Origin: Macrostomum lignano
Lineage: Eukaryota
DNA length: 64,000 nucleotides
Assembly (NCBI GenBank): GCA_002269645.1
Contig: NIVC01003575.1
Location: 1 to 64,000 of the forward strand
Direction: 5' to 3'
A program made the position numbers and the translations under genes. A model generated the notes under the pieces. The model saw only the letters and a program-made list of their open reading frames with translations, was not told where the DNA came from and did no database searches. How positions within the stretch are numbered: the first letter of the stretch is position 1; the number at the start of each line of letters is the position of its first letter. Below are positions 57,901 to 64,000 of this stretch, one piece after another.

Positions 57901-59719
57901 ATCGTACATTTGCAAGCCGGTTGACGGCACATCTGGTAGAGGCATTAAAATCTACAGGACCGCTGAGGAGGTTCCACAGACGGTTGAAAGCCAGTGCGTA
58001 CTGCAAGAGTATGTGTCCAACCCCTTCTTGATTGAGAACGTCAAGTTCGATCTGCGTCTGTACGTTCTGGTGTCCTCTTGCGATCCTCTGCGCATCTATC
58101 TCTTCAACGATGGCTTCATTCGAATGAGCTCTGAGCCCTATGTTGATCCACAGAAATGCAAAGCTGACGAAGACCTGAACTTCATCCACCTGACTAATTG
58201 CTCAGTAAACAAGCAGAATCGACCGACTGATACGTATGGCGCCGCCTCCCGCCGCAGAGGCGCCAAGGTTAGTGGCATGAAGCGACCTCTGATGTTTCTC
58301 AACAGCTATCTGCAGCAGAACAAATACGACGTGGCCTTGGTGTGGCGCAGAATCGTTGATCTAATCATCAAGACAGTGTTCGCCGCCTACCCGCACGTTG
58401 TCCGTTCTTACCGCCAGTGCCGCCCGACAGAGAGTCCGGGGAGCGGCTCCGCCTGCTTTGAACTGCTCGGCTTCGATATCCTGCTCGACACCGACCTCAA
58501 ACCCTGGCTGATGGAGGTCAACCGATCGCCGAGTTTCGACTACGACAACTCGGAAGAAGAGAAAGTGAAGCTTCAACTGCTGCAGGAGACGCTGATGCTG
58601 CTAAATTTTAGCCCGGCCGATTGGAAAGCGGCTAAGCAGACGGCCGACAGTCCGGAGGTGCCAGCCAAGACAGCGCAAAAGGAGGTGACGGAGCTCACTG
58701 CGCTATTAGCGCGGCTGAAACGACAAGACCGGATGAAGGATGTCGACACGCGAATCTGTCAGCGATTCCGTTGCATCTTTCCAGTCGATGATGCCACCAA
58801 GCAAGAGAAGCTGGTGTCCGTAATGCTGGACGCTATCTCGGCCCTGCTTGAAGGTAGTCAGATGGAAGCTCTTCACCGCGAGGTCAAGACCTTCAACGCT
58901 AGCAAAACGGATGAGGTGGCCAAGAAGCTTGCCCAGCTCGGCTCCAAGACGGTCCAGCAGCTGATGGACGATGGTCAGGCGGGCAGCAGCGGCTCCGACT
59001 CCGAGATCGACGACCAGGCGGCGGGAGGTCGTCGCAAGCCCGCTGCTGGAAGGCTTCCTTTGAAAGATGGACAAAAAAAGTCGCTGCGAAAAAGTCAAGA
59101 AAAGCAGAAGGACCCGGCGCAGAAGCAACCACATCCGTCTGAGTCGATGATGGCTAACGAGCGCGAGCAGCTGGCTCAGCGAACGCTGAAGTTCCTTAAC
59201 GAGTTGAGCATCCGCTTTCCTGGAAAGTCGAACCGCGCCGCCGAACAGATGCTGCGCCAGCTGCAGGATAACTGGCTCGCTAGAAAGGCCGACGTAAGCA
59301 GCTACTGGCGCCTGAGCCTTGACGCCGACAAGCGCCGAAAAGTGATCGACATTGCCAGGCAAAATGTGCGCATAGCGCTCGACAAAGCGCTCCGCATGAC
59401 GGCCTCGGATGTTGCCGCGGCGGCCGACAATCTGGCCAGTCTATTCGAGAAGCTGTACAACCGGCTGCTGTGGTGCCACGGCCAGGGACTCTGGGAGACC
59501 TTCGCTGGCAACACCGGCTGGGAGTTGATTCTGCGACAGTCGCGCGAGGCCCCAACCGAGACGGAGATCAACTGCTGTCGGAGGGTAGTGCAACTGTGCC
59601 AGGATGGTCTGATGGTTGTTTACCTGTTCTCTGATGCGGCACAGCAGCTGCAACAGCAGCAGCAGCAGCAGCAGGCATCGGAGCAGCTTCCGCTGAAAGC
59701 TTCGTTGGCTGTTTTGTGA
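54947..59719 (+). CDS. TTLL7: Tubulin polyglutamylase, TTLL7-like, with an about 870-aa low-complexity N-terminal extension; intronless
   Basis: TTL domain: QRVNHFPGMAEICRKDLLA, PRTWCLP, YICKP...GRGI, KFDLRLYVLV, HLTNCSVNK, CFELLGFDILLD..LKPWLMEVNRSPSF. The C-terminal YW...LD..KRRKVIDI...YNRLLWCHGQGLW...CCRRVVQLC block is TTLL7-type rather than TTLL6/13-type. Confidence 0.88.
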   Translation: MAGFARLHDSMANLYLGKPTSPLNPISETPSKSPGNSRTFDSTASSERKHPAPGGSRNRLRVSDSDEERDKNASFMSYQPRSSASSAGLRRDENTIEDSADKKRPGSPRPTGSSLARRSRNAEQKSSQNLPTRSVDGASSSRSLSRPTAGDGKQARHYDSTDNMRLGVKDDSSSENSDARLSRTRDKPNWSSSRRQADTNKSEFDIPPRSSRLGSSLLDKSSSLTRGGNLDSKLSDDDSPPARSSLRDETSIRRRKEIGVTDRDRDIPMRRRSPRAALEPENRDDSASPTLRSTAQKGSFEEPLKKWKESPSLSSKDSIPARRKKIMEDDYDSPSSRSAARDKPRLSLTSGRRDQSPPPSKLSPRNESSPRRRNDTDERSGSLPFNRRRDLSGKNSDSEELPSRRRTDRDFRSDSPPLKSSFRDEPLNRRRDNNSKTEMEDLPFRRKRESPNDRSESPPSRFRQDESLVRRKPIKDDKDDLKRRGSTNKDTDDSEPQASDYPRRRPAPGLRSGASSPPLQSSLGNNLSPRRSSYARDSATSQRQTGLLLSSKSRYKGSDDESPLPKREDGLSLRRSRNLATRDMSPPLSTSMPAYRTGDSLSPRRQDDLKDDDRKKREEAGSWPKSGYRPGLQRKEGLQSNETPGPKSKFQGDKEQPKSGTFKRAVTTPKQASLEKKKPLRVETSDSETESSSGTKGFKREPIKSPVRTKPAGKDGRSLSPPSRSFSKSSRDELSPRSAKGLDLAQPKAGTASKRLDGRKQEPESTKKGLSPRASSKDDSRSPRSSVLSDSKSNKKEPSYLRSGPKAGPNSTRDLSPPRTAEKKSYGFKSSFRMSDKDKDSENRASKGPTEFEFSRYETHSLRVVKLKRPLPANLAGTHYALVETAARLIGFVRTNKDDFKTPFLIWNDTFISMERLTQLKPFQRVNHFPGMAEICRKDLLAKNMGKLNQRYPSEYKFAPRTWCLPDQLANFRQHTQEQKSEVKPSYICKPVDGTSGRGIKIYRTAEEVPQTVESQCVLQEYVSNPFLIENVKFDLRLYVLVSSCDPLRIYLFNDGFIRMSSEPYVDPQKCKADEDLNFIHLTNCSVNKQNRPTDTYGAASRRRGAKVSGMKRPLMFLNSYLQQNKYDVALVWRRIVDLIIKTVFAAYPHVVRSYRQCRPTESPGSGSACFELLGFDILLDTDLKPWLMEVNRSPSFDYDNSEEEKVKLQLLQETLMLLNFSPADWKAAKQTADSPEVPAKTAQKEVTELTALLARLKRQDRMKDVDTRICQRFRCIFPVDDATKQEKLVSVMLDAISALLEGSQMEALHREVKTFNASKTDEVAKKLAQLGSKTVQQLMDDGQAGSSGSDSEIDDQAAGGRRKPAAGRLPLKDGQKKSLRKSQEKQKDPAQKQPHPSESMMANEREQLAQRTLKFLNELSIRFPGKSNRAAEQMLRQLQDNWLARKADVSSYWRLSLDADKRRKVIDIARQNVRIALDKALRMTASDVAAAADNLASLFEKLYNRLLWCHGQGLWETFAGNTGWELILRQSREAPTETEINCCRRVVQLCQDGLMVVYLFSDAAQQLQQQQQQQQASEQLPLKASLAVL

Positions 59720-61050
59720 TTTCCTATGATATTGACGTATTTATTTCTTGCTATTAAAGTAGGTCATACTCTTTCAGTTCTTTGGAATGGTATTAATTTT
59801 TTTCGCAGAATTTCTTTAAACTTTGATGCAGATGGACAATTAATCTTAGATTTTTTCGTTTAAAATTTCAGATAAAATTGGTTTGAAAAGCGTGCTCGCC
59901 TTTTTGACTTGTGTGGCTTTGGATACTCTGACTTGCAGGTCTGAGACTGTAGCTACGTGTGCTCTATTAAACAATGGATATAATATTTGATGATGACATT
60001 CACTATTGAAATATATATATATATAAATACATGACCTACGGGCGTATTTAGTGTATAGTTTTTTGTTGATTTTTTGTTACAAGCTATTTTATTTCCTTTT
60101 CGTTTGTTCTATTGACAGTAGCATATTGCGTACACATCCCTCTAGTAAAATAAGTTCTTAAATAAAAAAACTATGATAATTTTCCATGATCAGAGCATGA
60201 TCAAAACTATGCTCTTAGTGTAAGTAGTGTAGCAAGTAACCTAACCAGTATTCTTGGCTAATTAAAGTCTTGAGAGTGGTAGAAATTGACTAAAAAGTAA
60301 ACTATTCTTACTTCGTCTGCAACGACCCAATTAAAAAACCCAGGCCAATTTTCAAGATACTTTGCCCCACAGAAACTAAAATGACTAGATGGGCTGATGG
60401 GCTGTTCAGGCATTTACACTTCTAAAATAGCTCTCTACTTTCAGTTCAGTAGCAAAGAAGAATACATAAGCTATTTTATAAAAATAAAGCCAGCTGAAAC
60501 CACTTTGATAAGTTTAGAAGCCCAGCTTGCAGGCGTAAACAGCTTGCTAATTGGTTCAGCAATAATGTACTGGTACATTGGCCAGTCCGCTGATATGTAC
60601 ATTGCAGCTTTAGTCTGCAATTCCGAGAAAGGCAATAAAAATTGGGGGCGGGGCGAGGGCTAGTGTGGAAAGGCTGGGTTGGAGGGTTTAAGCTGGGGGG
60701 TAAGAGCCAATAAGTGAGGCTTTAAAAATACATTAAAATGCTTCTGTTTAACTTACTACTGAACTGTAAGTAGCTTGGACGTAAATGTGCTGAGTAGCCC
60801 ATCTATTTATTCTCGCTAAGTATCTGCGCTCTGCCCCAATGATGACAAACTGAAGCTAAATTTAACCTTTCACCATAGACAACAAATGCCAGTGAATTTA
60901 GGGCAGCTGATAACACCAGCAATTTGCTACGAGCTATAAAGAGTCTTTGAGTTATTTAACAATTCTGCAAGCTGTCGGCGGAAAATGTTTCACCAACTAG
61001 CGGCCCAATAAATCACATAATTGGGGGTGCGTGCAGCAGCCGGCCACTCG

Positions 61051-62171
61051 ATGCAGCGGCGCCGAACTCGCACGGACAGCACAGAGGATTCTGAATCGTC
61101 CAGCAGCTCGCCACACAACAGCACTACGGCTGCTCAAGGTTCCGGCGGCGCCACGGACGGCTGGCAGCACACTCTGCAGTCTGCCGCCGTCTCCGCCGCC
61201 ATCGTGTCGAGCGTCGCCGCCGTAACCGCCGAATCCGCCATGGTGACCACCGCTCAGCCGGCGGCGACATCGAAGTCCGCCACTGTTCGTCGAATCGCTC
61301 AGCGCCTGACTTTGCCGGCTGCGCCTCAGCCGCCTCCGGCTGCTTCGGCGGCCTCGCTGCTGCAGCATCGACGAATCGCGCGCCGACTGGCTGCACGCCG
61401 GCGCCAGCTGCCGCGCTCGCTACGCGATCTGGCGTCGTCCGACGAGTCCGCGCAGGACGCCGACGACGAGGCCTCCGCCTCCGCCGGGCTCAACGACGCC
61501 GACAGGCTGGCGCATCGACAACGGACGATTTCAACGATTTTGAAGGCGACGACGACAGCGAGGCTGAAATCGCACTGGACGAAGCCGAAGACGCCTTTGA
61601 GGAGGTGCGCGCCGTTGAAGAAGCTGAAGCCGAAGAGGCAGTGGTCGTGGAGGAGACGCAGTCTAGCGACGAGTTCGCCGCCGGCGCGGTGCCCTGGCCA
61701 GCGGCAACCAACGACGACTTCGTGGAATTCATCGTCGACGATGCTATACCCGCCGCTGCCACCGCTGCCGCTGCCGCCGGCATGAACTGGGGCGAGCGAA
61801 TGCGCAGAGACACCTGGCGACTTTTCCGGCGTCGACGAGCCGCCGCGCTGGCAACTGCAGCAGCCGCTGCCGCCGCAGCTTCGAATTTCGGCGCTCTCGG
61901 CGGCGGTCGCCGCGACAGTCGGTGGCATCCTCACCGACGCCGCTCGCTGCCTCTTCGCTCCGTGCCAGTCGGTGGCGGCTGCTCAACGGAGTCGTCGTGT
62001 GTGGCGCCGGCGCTGCTGAGGGAGCGGCTGCGATTCTCGGACGGCGGCGGCGGCGGCGGCGGCCTCTTGGCTCAGGCGGCCGAATCCGTCCAGCCAGAGG
62101 AGGTCCGCGTGTCGCCCGAGCTCATGCGGCGCCTCGCCAGCGAGGTGTTCCACAGCTGCGACTCGAGCTGA
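61051..62171 (+). CDS. Hypothetical acidic, Ala-rich protein with one apparent frameshift at about 61500
   Basis: ATG 61051 frame reads well to SSDESAQDADDEASASAGLND. Coding-like text continues in the -1 frame (GASTTDDFNDFEGDDDSEAEIALDEAED...EEVRVSPELMRRLASEVFHSCDSS*). AATAAA 62225-62230. No recognisable domain. Confidence 0.45.
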
Positions 62172-62544
62172 GGGCCACCAATACTTGCGCCCAGCGTGTT
62201 CCGAGTTTTCCAGTTAGCCGCCGAAATAAAACATTCATTTCTAACGCAACCCTGGCGCAAACAAAATATACAGCTTTTTAGTTGCCAATTTGCAGCTGAA
62301 CTCATTCCGATTTTCTTTTTCAATTTTATTTTTTCAACAGACTTAAATGAGTAAAACTGCGTCCTGGTCTACAGTTCACAAAGCTTTGTTCATAAAATCT
62401 ATCGAGATAGTTTTAATCATGGCGCTCATCTCTGACCAAGAATTTTGCGCCAGTCTACTGTGCCGCGCCCCCCCCCCTCCTCACGTACTTTAGGCGCAGT
62501 TTTTAGCGCTAAATTTGGCACACTCGTTAGTGCTCCTTTGAGAC

Positions 62545-63060
62545 TAATTGTTGGCGCCTTTTTAGGCTAATTGTTGGCGCCACTTCAATGCTAATTGTTG
62601 GCGCCTTTTTAGGCTAATTGTTGGCGCCTTTTTGAAGCTAATTGTTGGCGCCTTTTTAAGGCAAATTGTTGGCGCCTTTTTGAAGCTAATTGTTGGCGCC
62701 ACTTCAATGATAATTGTTGGCGCCACTTCAATGATAATTGTTGGTACTCTTTTGACGCTAATTGTTGTCGCCATTCTGACTCTAACTGTTAGCGCTAATT
62801 TTGACACTAATTGTTGGCGCCTCTTTGACGCTAATTATTGGCGCTAATTATGACACTAATTATTGGCGCCATTCCAACGCTAATTGTTGGCACCATTTTG
62901 ATTCTGGTTATTGGCGCTAATTTTGACGCTATTTGTTGGCGCCATTCTGACGCTATTTGTTGGCGCCATTCTGACGCTAATTGTTGGCGCTAATTTTGAC
63001 GCCGATTGTTGGCGCCACTTAGAATGCTAATTGTTAGCGCCAATTTAGCACTAATTTTTG
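62545..63060. repeat. Diverged minisatellite, about 29-30 bp, core CTAATTGTTGGCGCC
   Basis: Recurring core with variable flanks. Confidence 0.8.
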
Positions 63061-63634
63061 GCGTCACTTTTTTTCTACTTTAGTACCATCTGTCACATAA
63101 AAGTGAGTGTTCGACTCACTTTCCCCTAATTAATAATTCAAATTAGATTTCTCCGCAGTTTTAAAGTTTTAAAACCGAACGCTGGTCCTTCTAGTTTGTT
63201 TGAGCTGCCTCAACTCCCACAACCGGCAACTGGCCTGTTCCTGTGGTGGTCCATTCAGTCTCTTCAGTCTCTAAAAACTCAAACAAACACTGGCTGGCTG
63301 CCAAACGGGCTTGCTGGAGTTTTGCGCTTGCTAATGGAGGAGGAAGGCAGCAGACGCTCGGCCGAAGAACAACAGGGGGAGTGGTTTGTTCCTGCTCCGC
63401 TTGTTATCGCCTAGGCGGGATTGAGAATAGCTTTGAGGCTTTTTCAACTGCCCAGGGCCTCGGGTGAGCAGTTCTGGTTTCGCCTTGGAATATTTGATTT
63501 AGATCTTATCTTTTAGCTCGGTTGAGCCAATTCGCTGCCAAATTAACTTGGTTGGTTGCTGCAAGTGCGATAAGATTTCATTCTTTGTTAAATTGGCTAT
63601 GAATGAGTGATAAAATGTCAAGGTGATGTGAACT

Positions 63635-64000
63635 CAATTGGAGTGATCGAGTGATCAAAGATGTGAGTCAAGGTGTTGTGAACTCAACTTGAGTGATCAA
63701 GTGATCAAAGATGTGAGTCAAGGTGTTGTGAACTCAACTTGAGTGATCAAGTGATCAAAGATGTGAGTCAAGGTGTTGTGAACTCAACTTGAGTGATCAA
63801 GTGATCAAAGATGTGAGTCAAGGTGTTGTGAACTCAACTTGAGTGATCAAGTGATCAAAGATGTGAGTCAAGGTGTTGTGAACTCAACTTGAGTGATCAA
63901 GTGATCAAAGATGTGAGTCAAGGTGATGAAAACTCAACTTGAGTGATCAAGTGATCAAAGATGTGAGTCAAGGTGTTGTGAACTCAACTTGAGTGTTCAA
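63635..64000. repeat. Satellite, 50 bp unit (ATGTGAGTCAAGGTGTTGTGAACTCAACTTGAGTGATCAAGTGATCAAAG), runs off the window
   Basis: Exact 50-bp period (63661, 63711, ...). Confidence 0.92.

Noticed and set aside
55128-59653. Antisense and alternate-frame ORFs over TTLL7 (and similarly over the Ngaro, lectin, AVL9 and Btk coding regions)
   Set aside because: Shadow ORFs of GC-rich coding sequence with no independent motifs.
61480-61520. Programmed -1 ribosomal frameshift
   Set aside because: No X XXY YYZ slippery site at the frame change.

Overview
Eukaryotic (metazoan) genomic DNA with spliceosomal introns. GC-rich codons, poly-Gln/poly-Ala tracts and minisatellite-filled introns suggest a flatworm such as Macrostomum; this is inference only. 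Host genes: a pair of PAN/Apple + C-type lectin genes (one frameshifted), a short NELL-like gene (-), AVL9 (+, 7 exons), a Tec/Btk kinase (-, 9 exons, probable GC-AG intron), intronless MZT1, RidA and a 1590-aa TTLL7-like polyglutamylase, and a frameshifted acidic ORF. Mobile DNA: a complete, young Ngaro-type tyrosine-recombinase (YR) retrotransposon (8837-13182) nested in a tRNA-derived SINE inside a NELL intron; a palindromic Penelope-like fragment with hammerhead ribozyme motifs at both ends; RTE-like and I-group LINE 3' fragments; a second SINE; a hAT-like MITE; about 20 minisatellite arrays. Top finding: the Ngaro element has one consensus splice donor inside gag and two strong acceptors, at the starts of the RT/RNaseH and YR frames. 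All three are phase 1, so alternative splicing would fuse the same SAP + coiled-coil Gag leader onto both enzymes. Other highlights are the hammerhead-tipped Penelope palindrome and a minisatellite built of RFX X-box motifs between two microtubule/cilia genes. Exon boundaries and alignments were read by eye; homology calls rest on remembered family motifs, not database searches.
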